This document shows, piece by piece, positions 35,271 to 46,020 of a DNA stretch of 54,732 nucleotides (positions are counted from its first letter, which is position 1; each line of letters opens with the position of its first letter). Source of the stretch: Prorocentrum cordatum (Eukaryota); the NCBI GenBank assembly GCA_963575745.1, contig CAUYUJ010000221.1:62001-116732 (forward strand), read 5' to 3'. The notes under the pieces are model-generated. The model worked only from the letters and a program-made list of their open reading frames with translations, ran no database searches and was not told the origin of the DNA. The position numbers and the translations under genes were made by a program.

Positions 35271-38029
35271 ACGGTGGCAATCGGCGGGCCGGGCGTGCGC
35301 GCGCCCTGTTCAGGGCAGTCTATACTCTGCGCGCCACTCGGCACAGTTGCCAATCAGCAGGCGGGCGGGCGTCTTGCGCGATGCCATTCGTCGTTGCGCC
35401 ATGCCGCCATTTCGCCCGAACGGTTCTGGGGCGCCGGGGCGCCGAGTGCCAAGCCAGCGCGTCGGTTGCGCGTGCGCGCCAACTGCCGCGGCAAAGGGGC
35501 AGGGGGGCAGACGCCCGCCTCGCCTGAGTCGCCGCGGTCGGGGGGCCCGCGCGCGCGCGGCGGCCGCGCGCGCCGCCGCGTCCGACAACTCGGACAGCTC
35601 GCGCAGAAGTTCTGGCGTGTCGAACAGCTGGGGCCGCCGCCCGCGCGCCCAGCGCCGGCCGCGTCGTTGCAGTGGGTCGCGGTGCGACCGGCGCCGAGGC
35701 CGGCCGAGGCGCCCGCGCCCTCTCGGCGCGGCGCCCGCGCCGCGGGGCGCGGCGCAGGCTTCGGCGCGCGCCCGGCGCTGTGGTCCAGAGCAACCCTGCG
35801 ATGGGGGAGCGGGGCCCCCGGGAGATTTACGTGCGCGGAACTAGCTCGGCCCTTCGCACCATCGCTCATGTTCGCTGGCCCCGGGGATGCGCGGCGGACC
35901 TGGGCGCAAACGGCGCCGCGTCGCCGCGCTGCCCGCGCGCGTCGCGGCGCGCCGCGGCCGGCGCGGGTAGGTCCGCGCCCTTCCGCGCGGTGTCCGCGCC
36001 CGCCGCGGCGCCGCGAAGGTTCGTGGACAGGGCGTGGGGCGCGCGCCCCGCGAGCGGGTTTGACCCGCCCGAGCCCGCCCCGTCTTCGCCCGTTGCTGGG
36101 TCGCGCTGCGACCGGCGCCGCGGCCGCCCGAGGCGCCCGCGCCCTCTCGGCGCGGCGCAGGCTCTGGCGCGCGCCCGACAATGCGGTTGCGAGCGCAACC
36201 CAGCGACGGGCGAGCGGGTGCTCAGGGAATTTGCGGGGCATCCGACGCTCCGAGACGGCCCGAGAGGCCCCGAATCGCCCCAAGACGACCCCACGCGCTC
36301 CCAGCAGGGCCCCCAGACAGCCCAAGAGGGCCCGAAGACGGCCCGATAGGCGCCCAAGGCGGCCGAACAGGTCCCCAAGAGGTCCCCAAGAGGGGGAACT
36401 CGAGCAGGCATGCCGCGCCCTCAGCCCCAATGATGCCCCCGAGACCGCCAGCAGGCCCCCAAGCTCCAGGAGATTGCCAAGAGGCCCAAATCAGGCCCCA
36501 AAGAGGCCCATGGAGGCCCCCAAACATCACCCAAACCGCCTCGAAGAGGCTTCCGAAGGAAGATCCCGTAGAGAGCTCTGAGACCGCGCCAGCCACCCAA
36601 GAGAGCTCCATGAACGACCCAAGAGGAGCCCAGACACCCAGCCAAACGCACGCCGAGGCCATTGGGGCACGCGGGTGCTGGCCCCTTCTCATGCTTCCCT
36701 TCTCGCTCCGTGCTCCTCGCTCCTCGCTCCTCGCTCATCCCAGTTCTCTCCTCGACCCCCGCCTCCCTTTGCAGTCCCGAAACGGTGCGGTGACGCACCG
36801 TGCGGTGACCTCGAAATCCCCCAAGACCTCACCGCACGGTCCGTCACCGCACGGTCTTGGGACCCCGGAGGCCCCTGTCGCCCGAAACGTCTTCGGAGAA
36901 CGACCCGAGTCCCAAGACCGTGCGGTGACCCCGAATCCCCACCGACTCACCGCACGGTGTGGTCACCGCACCGTTTGGGGGCCCCCGGCTCCCCCTCCCC
37001 GTCATCTCCGCCCTCGACCCTGATTCCTCGTTCCTTGCTCTTCGCTGCAGGTTGCGTCATCTGGCAATGGCACCGAGAAGCAGCACTCTGCAGCCTCAAG
37101 CAGCAACAGCGATTACCAACAGTCTGCAACAGGCAATGGCAGTACAACAAAAGAAAGCTGCAGGCAGCAACAGCAGAGGCGAAACTCGGGCCCCAAATCA
37201 TCACGAAACTCTTTTGGCAACATCTCTGCCTTGTTCCAACGTGCAAGCTCAGACAGCTTTCGTGGCCGGTAGGCCACCGGTCAGCCCTAGTCTCTTCTAC
37301 AATGCAGCGCGATCTTTGCGTGCGAGGTCCCCCGTCCAGAAACACCGCCCGGGTCCCCCAGGGCATCCTGCGAGTCTTCCGGGCGCTCCGAGACGGCTCC
37401 GTGGGGTCCCAGAATGCACCAAGACGGCCCCCAAACGGCCCCAAGACGGCTTAGAGACGCTCAGAGGTGCCCAGACGACCCGAGAGGACCCCCAGCGAGC
37501 CCCAGGATAGCCCCAGAGGCCTCCAAGGCAGGCCAGGAGGCTCCCGAAACGGCCCAGGAGGTCCCCCAGGAGAGCCCCTCGAGGCAAAAATCGTTCATTC
37601 CTGTTGGAAAGCGTTTGATGTTCCTATGTCCTTTCGTTTCGTTTGCACAGTTTCCAAGACGGCTGTACAGGCTCCCAAGGTCGCCCGCGGACGCCCCCAG
37701 GAGGGCCCCAAAACGGTCCGATACGGCCCTGGGACGGCTCCAGAGACGCCCAAGGCGGCCTAAGAGGCACCCAAGACAGCCCCAAGAGCGCCCAATAATG
37801 GCTCAAGGTGGCCCCAAGACGGCCCCAAGATGGCACGAGAGGCGCCCAAGACGGCCCCAGATCGACCCAAGACGGCCCGAGAGGCACCCAAGACGGCCCA
37901 AGAGGGTCCCGAGAGACCCCCAGGAGGACGTAAAGAGGCCTCAAACGGTCCCCAAGAGGCCTTGGATGTTTGTTTCTTGCGGAGCATCGACGACCGACGA
38001 TCGAAGATCGACGGGATGCTGATCGAGGG

Positions 38030-38480
38030 GAAGAGGAGGAGGAGGAGGAGGAGGAGGAGGAGGAGGAGGAGGAGGAGGAGGAGGAGGAGGAGGAGGAGGA
38101 CGAGGAGGACGAGGAGGACGAGGAGGACGAGGAGTAGGACCAGTGTAAACCCAAGAGTCATCAACGATTTTGGAATTTACCCTCCCTCCAAGCTCCTTAT
38201 TTATAGGCCCCTACAACTGTTCATTTCCGTTGAGGGAACTGCCTCGTTGGAAGACAGCTGCTTGAAGACCCCGAAGCACACCAACACATTGTTCTCGGGA
38301 TTACAACGCCACGCTTCAACCTGACTGCTGCGTCTTGAAGACCCGGAGTCGAGCCATAACGCCACTTTTGGGACTTCAACACCGCGAACCAACATAATTG
38401 TTTCACCCGCATGATCCTGTATCCTTCCGAAGCACCATTTCTTGCACGGTGGTCATGGGATTCCGTGAAACTCATGTTTT
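38030..38480 (-). mobile_element. Truncated LINE-like 3' end with (CCT)n tail
   Basis: 38139 to ~38395 is homologous to 54466 to ~54720, and both abut a GAG tract at the same point. Minus strand has decayed ORF2-end-like motifs (WFAVLKSQKWRYG, QVEAWR). Confidence 0.6.
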
Positions 38481-38975
38481 TCAAACGACTGTGCGCGGCG
38501 CTAAGGCGAGTGCCACTTTTTGAAAACCATCCGCCCTGAATCCGTGAAGGTCTTGCAAGTTCTTTGGAAGAATGTGCGCGGCGCTAAGGCCAGAGCCACA
38601 TTTTGAAAAGGAACCGCCCTCCTTCCGCGAAACTCTTGCAAACTGTACATCGAATGTGCGCGGCGCTAAGGCCAGAGCCACATGTTGAAAACCACCTGCT
38701 TTCAATCCGCGAAATTCTTGCAACTTTTTGAAGCGAATGTGCGCGGCGCCACGGCGAGAGCCACATTTTGAAAACCACCCGACCTCAATCCGCGAAATTC
38801 CTACAACTTTTTGAAGCGAATGTGCGCGGCGCCAAGGCGAGAGCCACATTTTGAAAACCACCCGCCCTGAATCCATGAAACTTTTGCGAATGTTTGCAAC
38901 GACTGTGCGCTGCGCCAAGGCGAGAGCCACATTTTGAAAACGACCCGCCCTCCATCTGTGAAGCTGTTGCCGTTT
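38480..38975. repeat. ~83-bp minisatellite, ~6 copies
   Basis: GCCACATTTTGAAAACC recurs at ~38512, 38596, 38676, 38760, 38843 and 38926. Confidence 0.9.
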
Positions 38976-39547
38976 TTAAGCTTCAGGGGCATACATGGTG
39001 AGGACGTCTCGGGCGAAGCGCCTGGCCCGCCCCGCAAAAATTGACCTCGGGGTGCGAAAGGGAGAAGCTATTAATGAGGAAAAAATCATAGAAGAGGAGG
39101 AGGAGGAGGAGGAGGAGGAGGAGGAGGAGGAGGAGAAGGAGAAGGAGAAGGAAGAGGTCCCAAATGGCCCCCAAAGCCGATAGAAGCCACCGAGATGTTC
39201 CAAGCATGACCCGAAGGATGCTCCAAGAGGGTCCAGACACACCGGGACGGCTCCTAACAAAGATCGACGGGATGAAGGATCCAGGGCTGGCCGAGGGGGG
39301 CGCCCCAAATGGCCCAAAAGCCGGTAGGAGCCACAGAGATGTCCGGACCAAGCCCCGAAGAGGGCCCTAAGAGTGTCCAGACACCCCGAGAAGGCTCCTA
39401 ACGCTCAGCCCAAGCAAACCAAACGGACAGTGACTCCAGCGCCCTATCGGTGATCCTCCCGTGCACTGGGCGCCGGAGCGGCCCCAGTGCGGAGTCCACA
39501 CCACTGCGGGCAGATTCCGCGGCCGGCAGGCCGCGGGTCAGCCCCAG

Positions 39548-41108
39548 TCTCTCCTACATGGCCGGTGGAAGCGCGCGCGAGAGGCCCAGGGCCTCAAGTG
39601 GACAAAATCGCTCCTTTTCGGCGCCACCACGGGGCCGAATCGCTCAGGCCGGTCCCAGAGGCGCTCCAGAGGGGTTCCCAGACCGTCCAAGAGCGCTCCA
39701 AGACGGCGTCAGTGGGTCCCGAGGCGGCCCACGAGGGCCCGAAGTCTTGGGGTCTCCGCGACGATCCAAGAGGCCGCAAAGACGCCCCAAGAGGGCCCCG
39801 AGCGCACGCCAAAGAGGCACAAATCGTCAAATTCTAATAGGAGAACGTATATTAATCGCTTCGCTCATTCCGCCGGCCCGTATTGTGCCCTCGCTGGCGT
39901 TTAGGCTTTTGGGGGCCTTTTGGGGTCCTCGTTGGGGGTTTCTTGGGGGCCTCTTGGGTTTCTGTTGGAGCCTCTTAGGGGTTTCTTGGAGCTCCTTTGG
40001 GAGCATTTGGTAGCATCTTGGAGCTCCTGGGCGCCGCTTGGGAGCATCTTGGGGCTTTTGCGGGGGTCTGGCGGGTCTCTTGGGGGCCTCCCGGGACCGA
40101 ATCGCTCAGGCCGGTCCCAGAGGCGCTCCAGAGAGGTTCCCAGACCGTCCAAGAGCGCTCCAAGATGGCCTCAGTGGGTCCCGAGGAGGCCCACAAGGGC
40201 CCGAAGCCTTGGGGGGGGGGGTTCTGCGACGATCCAAGAGGCCGCAAAGACGCCCCAAGAGGGCCCCGAGCGCACGCCAAAGAGGTACAAATCGTCAAAT
40301 TCTCATCGGAATACGTATATTTTCGGCATGCCCGCCTTGTGTGCTCCTCAGCGGCTCAGGACACGCCAAGAGGCCTCCCAAAATGCCGCAAGAAGACGCC
40401 AGCGGCCCCTAAGAGGGCTCCAAGACGGCCCACAAGAGCTCCAAGACGACGCCAGAGAGCCCTGAAACGGCCTCACAGAACCCCCAAGACGGCCCCAAGA
40501 GAGCTTCGAGGGGGCCCCAAGAGGCTCCCAAGACGGCCTCAGGCAGCCTCAAGAGAGCTCCAAGACGGTCCAAGGCCTCCCGGACGCCGCGTGACGGCCC
40601 CAAATGGCCCCAAGACGTCAACAAAAACATTCCCAGAGCAGCCCCCAAAAGCTTCAGAATGGCCCGAAAAAGACCCCCACAAGGATCACCAAGCAGGCCC
40701 AGAGACGCCCATTAAAAGATCGATCGGTGAAGTACAAAGCGCTTCTCACCAAGGCTCCCAAGAGCGAGCCGCAGCGTAGAGAGCTCTCCCAGGCACAGCT
40801 CCCAAGAGCGAGCGGTGACGTGACCAGCCCTTCACACAGGGGCTCTCAAAAGCGAAGGGCGCCATGAGCCATCTCGGGCCTGCGAGCGTGCGCCCGCCGT
40901 CACGCTTCACCCAGGCAACTGGGAAGAACTCACTACAGCTTTCCGGGCGTTCCCCGCCCACGGATCCCCGCCGCACTCAGAGCGCTGCCCTTCTCCGTGG
41001 GTGCGGGTGCGAGTGCGCGAAGGTATGCGCGTATGGCACGGAGCCGCGCCGTGGAGGCTCACCAAGGGGACCTGAAGGTCGTGGACGAAGTCCACGGGTT
41101 CGCCCTAG
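39548..41108 (+). mobile_element. Non-autonomous Helitron-like element (1561 bp)
   Basis: 5' TCTCTCCTACATGGCCGG...; internal ~200-bp duplication (~39635-39835 / ~40097-40303); 3' CGTGGAC-GAA-GTCCACG GGTTCGCC CTAG. Confidence 0.75.
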
Positions 41109-42303
41109 TCTATACTACAATACTGGGACCCGTGCGTGCGAGAAGGGCCTGGGGATCAATCGGGTCACCCGGGCGGAAAGGGAGGCCCGGAGAGCCCCCG
41201 GAGAGCCCCAGACGGCCCCAAGACGGCCTCAGACGGCCCCCAGTCGCCCGAAGATCGCCCCACGCCGCCCAAGATGGCCCCAAGCGGGTCCAAGAAGCCT
41301 CCAAGACGTCCCAAGAGTCCTTTTGGCCGATTCCCGGGAGAACCCACAGAGCCCAAATTCGTCAATTTCTTATGGGAAACGTATATTTCAAGCACATGCG
41401 GCTGTTCGGCCTTCACCGTGTCGACGATGGCCCACGAGACCCCCAAGACCGCCCCAAGACGGCCCAAGACGCTCCCAAGAGACCCTCAAAACGGTCCAAG
41501 AAGGTGCCAAGACGGCCCAAGGGGCAATCAAGACGGCCACTGAGGGCTCCAGGACGGCCCCCCAGCTGGCTCCAAGACGGGCTCAGACGGCCCCCAGTCG
41601 CCCGAAGATCGCCCCAGGCCGCCCAAGATGGCCCCACGACGGTCCACGAAGCTTCGAAGACGTTCCCAAAGGGTGCCCATGGAGCCCAAATTTGTTAATT
41701 TCCTATGGGGAAACGTGCATTTCTGGCATGCGGGGCTGTTCGGCCTTCAGGGCGTGGACGACGGTCCACGAGGCTCCCAAGACAGCCCCAGGATGGCCCA
41801 AGAAGCTCCCAAGAAGTCCCCAAAACGACCCAAGAAGGCGCCAAGACGGCCCAAGAGGCGCCCAAGACGGCCCAAGAGAGCCCAAGACGCCCCCCCCGTA
41901 TGGCCTCAAGACAGCCTCCGACGGCCCCAGTCGCCCGAAGATCGCCCCAAGCCGCCCAAGATGACGCCAAGCCGACCCACGAAGCCTTCAAGACGATGAC
42001 AGAGGCCTCCAAGCGGACTCCCACGAGGACCCCCAGACGCCACACTCGTCAAGTTCCTATAAGGAAGCGTACATTTTAAGCATGTGCGGCTTTCCTGTCT
42101 TCACGGCAATGACGACGGCCCACGAGGCCCCCAAGACCGCCCCAAGACGGCCCCAGAAGTTCCCAAGAGGCTCGCAGAACGATCCCAGAGGACGCCAAGA
42201 CTGCTCAAGAGGCGTCCAAGACGGCCCAACAGGGCGCCAAGACGGCCCAAGAGGGCGCCAGGGCGAGCAAATTCCGCGGCCTGAGGCCGCGGGTCAGCCC
42301 TAG
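41109..42303 (+). mobile_element. Complete non-autonomous Helitron-like element (1195 bp)
   Basis: 5' TCTATACTACAATACTGGGACCCGTGCGTGCGAGAAGGG; 3' CCGCGGCC-TGA-GGCCGCGG GTCAGCC CTAG^TCAGCTAC. Confidence 0.82.
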
Positions 42304-42618
42304 TCAGCTACAGCGCTGGGATCAGCGCGTGCGAGAAGGGCGAGCAGTGGCAAGGAGCTCTGTCGCTGCTGCGCGCGATGCGCGAGGGAGGAGTCCTTGC
42401 CGACGTCGTCAGCCTCAACGCTGGGATGAGCGCGTGTGTGTCAGGCGGGCCGTGGCAGCAGGCCCTGCTCCTGTTCGGCGAGCTGCAGCGGAGCAGGCTG
42501 GAGCCCGACGCCGTCAGCTACGTCGCCGGGATCGGCGCGTGCGGGCGGGGCGCGCAGTGGCAGCTGGCCCTGTCGCTTCTCGCCGAGATGCCGCGGGCGA
42601 AGCTGGAGCCGGAGGTCA
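42304..42618 (+). pseudogene. PPR block, 3 x 105 bp, open frame
   Basis: SYSAGISACEKGEQWQGALSLLRAMREGGVLADVV-SLNAGMSACVSGGPWQQALLLFGELQRSRLEPDAV-SYVAGIGACGRGAQWQLALSLLAEMPRAKLEPEV. Confidence 0.88.
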
Positions 42619-43072
42619 CCTGCGCCCCTCCTCCTCCTCCTCCTCCTCCTCGTCCATTCTTCTCCTCCTCCTCCTCCTCAGCATCACCTTTCTTCTCCTC
42701 CTCCTCCTCCTCCTCCTCAGTGCCCTGGAGCCGCGCGCGCCAGTGGGTCAGCCGTGGCGGGGCCCAGGGGGAGGGGCCGGCGGGGGGGGGAGGCCCTGGG
42801 CGCTGGCCTCGCCGCCCCTGGCCGCCCGCCGCGGCCCCCGCCCGGCTTCTTGGGGCGGCTGCGGCAGCGCCCCGGATGTCGGCCTCGCTCGGACGTGCGC
42901 ACGTGCCCTCGGCGAGGAGTAAGTCGGGCCTGTCCCTCTACAGGAGGAGTATTCAAACATGGTAGCAATATATGGTCCCGGGCTCGGGACCCACGGGCCC
43001 CCCCCCCTCCCCCCAGATGGTATGGTCCCAGGATTCCTCGGGCCCCCCCCCCCAAGATGGTATGGTCCCAGA

Positions 43073-43500
<428 letters not shown>

Positions 43501-43949
43501 CTCTGAACCACCACAGCACCGCACCACATCCACAGGGGGGGGGAGGGGGGCACCGCAGCGCAGCACCACGCCACGCCCACCATTGAACCACCACAGCACC
43601 ACACCACATCCACAGGGGGGGGGGAGGGGGGCACCGCAGCGCAGCACCACGCCACGCCCACAGGGGGGGGGCGGGGGGGACCATCGCCCGGGGGGGGGGC
43701 CCAGTGGCATCAGCATTGGGGGGGGGGGGCCCAAGCCCTGGACCATATGTAGAACGGCACGTGCATCGCGTGCGCGGCGCAGCACCTGGACACGGAGGCT
43801 GCGTGGCGGGAGGAAGCCGCCAGAGCAGCCGCCAGAGCAGGCATGCAGCTCGCTGACCGGAAGCGCGCGGTTTGGGCCCGAGGCGCGGATGCTGGGCGAT
43901 GGCGGCAGCGCGGGTTGACGTCCTGCCGGTGCTCGCTCGCCGCGGGGCG

Positions 43950-44570
43950 GCATGGCCTGGGCGCGTCGTGGGCCAGCCTCGGTGAGGACGGAGATGTTGC
44001 GCGGGCTTGGGCCCGGACGGCCATGGGAACAATCGCGCGAGAGTTGCAGGTGCTACAGGAAGCCGGGCTGCCGAAACAGTGCGCTCAGGCTTTGCTCCGC
44101 TCGCGGTCGGCTTCTGTCCCTCGGCGCGTGTCGCGCGGGGCGCTGGTCAGTGATGCCGCCCTGCGAGGTTTAGAAACCGCGCTCGAGGATTGACGGGCGC
44201 GCGCGCTCGGTGCAGATGCCCCCGCGCCTCATCGACGCACGCGGTTGCATTTGCCACTTGGGATGGGCGGCTTGGCTGCTGGGGGCTCGCGAGTCCGTGC
44301 GGCAGCAGCCTATTTGGCGTGCGCTTGCCAGACGCATCACCATGTGGCGCGGACGCTGGGCATCGCGCGCCGCCCATGCGCTCGCCCGCAGAAGAGGCAG
44401 CCTCGCGCCTTCAGAGCCTCGTTGTGGCAGAGCCCCTCCGAAGTTTGATGCGCGGCGGAGCGCGCAATGCGAGGGCGCCCAGCGCGGATGGGTGCGCGCC
44501 GCCCAGGCCACTTTGCAGCAGGAGTTGTTCTCGCATGCCCAGGCTAATCAGATCCTTGGCATGCGATGGG
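43950..44570 (+). pseudogene. CRE/RLE-type non-LTR retrotransposon fragment (post-RT region)
   Basis: GLPKQCAQALLR, then HLPLGMGGLAAGGSRVRAAAAYLA, resembling the LP..GGLG...A..A motif of CRE-like elements. Confidence 0.5.
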
Positions 44571-45098
44571 GCAGCGGCAAGCGTGCTCCAGCCTTACCCA
44601 TGCCTCCGCGGTTGACTGCGGGCAGGGTGGCCTCCTCCTGCTCCTCCTCCTCATCCTCCCTCTCCTCCTCCTCCTCCTCCTCCTCCTCCTCCTCCTCCTC
44701 CTCCTCCTCCTCCTCCTCCTCCTCCGCCCGCCGAGTGCCAAGGCAGCCCAAGACAGCCCCAAGACGGCTCAAGCCAGCCTCGAGTGGCCCCCAATGGCAG
44801 CCCCCAAAAGGCAGCCCCAAAAGGGCTCGGGGACTGCCGAAGGGAGCCCAGAGCGCGCTCTCCGACGGCCCTGGACTCCCAGCATGGCTCCAAGATGGCC
44901 AAGGAGCTCCCCAAGACATTCCAAGAGGGGCCCCAAGTTGCCCCAAAGGGGTTCAAGAGGCCCCAGGAAGGCCCTCAATTAGGAGACTCTGAAAGAGTCC
45001 CCGAAGATCCGACAGGCAGCACGTCCCAAAGTTCCCAAACACCCCCTTGCACAGATGCCCCCAGGAGGCCTCGAACACGCCACACAACAGCACCTCCG

Positions 45099-45141
45099 TC
45101 AGCTACACCGCTGGGATCAGCGCGTGCGAGAATGGCGAGCA
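45099..45141 (+). pseudogene. Partial PPR unit
   Basis: TCAGCTACACCGCTGGGATCAGCGCGTGCGAGAATGGCGAGC = SYTAGISACENGE. Confidence 0.7.
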
Positions 45142-45684
45142 AGCGACCTAGGAGGAGACCAAGTGTTCGGCCACGCGCCCGCCGAGTCCATTGGGAGACC
45201 CGTGTGCTCGTCTCTCTTCAACCCTTTCTCCTCCCTGCTCGTTCCAAGCTTCTCGCTCCTCGCCCATTGCCATTGCCATTGCTCCTCGCTCCTCTCTCCT
45301 AGCGCCTTGCTCATTTCCCTTCACTACTCTTCGTTCCTGTTTCGTGGCCCCTGCAACCTTCCGCACCGGCAGAGCCTCTCACGGCCTCGGAGTGGCCCGA
45401 CGTGCCTCGAGGTCAGCCCCCCCCCCCACCCCCCCACAGAATTGCTTCACTGCGCCCCTGAGCAGCAAGCGGCAGTAAGCGGCAGCGGGCGGAGGAGCAC
45501 GCAGCGAAGCGAGCTACGAGTTGCAGGCCATTCGGCCAGCAACTTCGCTGGCAGGAATGCAGGCACGACGTCAAACAGACAAGCGATCCTCGCCCTGGCA
45601 TGTGAGTAAACTTTCGTGCCCGCCAGAAGCATCGTGATCAGATCTTGCCGCTTGCGGTGGACACAGTCCACGGGTCAGCCTTAG

Positions 45685-46020
45685 TCAGCTACAGCGCTGG
45701 GGTCAGCGCGTGCGAGAGAGGCCGGCAGTGGCAACGGGCTCTTTTGCTTCTGAGCGAGATGAGGGAGGCAAAGTTGGCGCCCGACATCATTAGCTACAGC
45801 GCTGGGATCAGTGCGTGCGGGAACGAGCAGTGGCAGCGGGCTCTAGCGCTGCTCAGCGACATGTGGGCGGCGGAGGTCGATCCCAGCGGTGTTATTAACG
45901 CGTGCGTGAAAAACGTGCCGTGGCAGCATGCAATTCTGTTGCTCATCCAGACACGCGATGCGAAGTTGGAGGCAGACGCCGTCGGCTACAGCGCCGGGGT
46001 CAGCGCCTGCGAGAAGGCCA
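45685..46020 (+). pseudogene. PPR block, ~3.3 units with in-frame deletions
   Basis: Follows GTGGAC-ACA-GTCCAC GGGTCAGCC TTAG. Reads SYSAGVSACERGRQWQRALLLLSEMREAKLAPDII-SYSAGISACGNEQWQRAL...GYSAGVSACEK. Confidence 0.85.

Larger units (their letters stand above)
29472..36232 (+). mobile_element. Degenerate tyrosine-recombinase (DIRS-order, PAT/Ngaro/kangaroo-like) retrotransposon with split direct repeats
   Basis: A1 ~29472-29700 matches A2 ~35829-36058; B1 ~35640-35828 matches B2 ~36065-36232. Gag-like, RT and RNase H relics on +, YR relics on -. Confidence 0.75.
28992..37290 (+). mobile_element. Helitron-like element interrupted by a YR retrotransposon
   Basis: Degenerate 5' end (CCTCGGCCTGCATGGCCGCGGGAAGCGTGCGCCAGAAGGG). 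A body module is broken at ~29471 and resumes at ~36233. 3' hairpin GTGGCC-GGTA-GGCCAC plus CTAG. Confidence 0.6.
37291..39547 (+). mobile_element. Non-autonomous Helitron-like element with nested LINE end and minisatellite
   Basis: 5' TCTCTTCTACAATGCAG...; 3' CCGCGGCC-GGCA-GGCCGCGG GTCAGCC CCAG (CTAG variant). Confidence 0.7.

Noticed and set aside
38480..38975. CRISPR-like regular repeats (also 9076-9450)
   Set aside because: The sequences between the conserved motifs are homologous to each other, so there are no unique spacers. Eukaryotic context and no cas genes.
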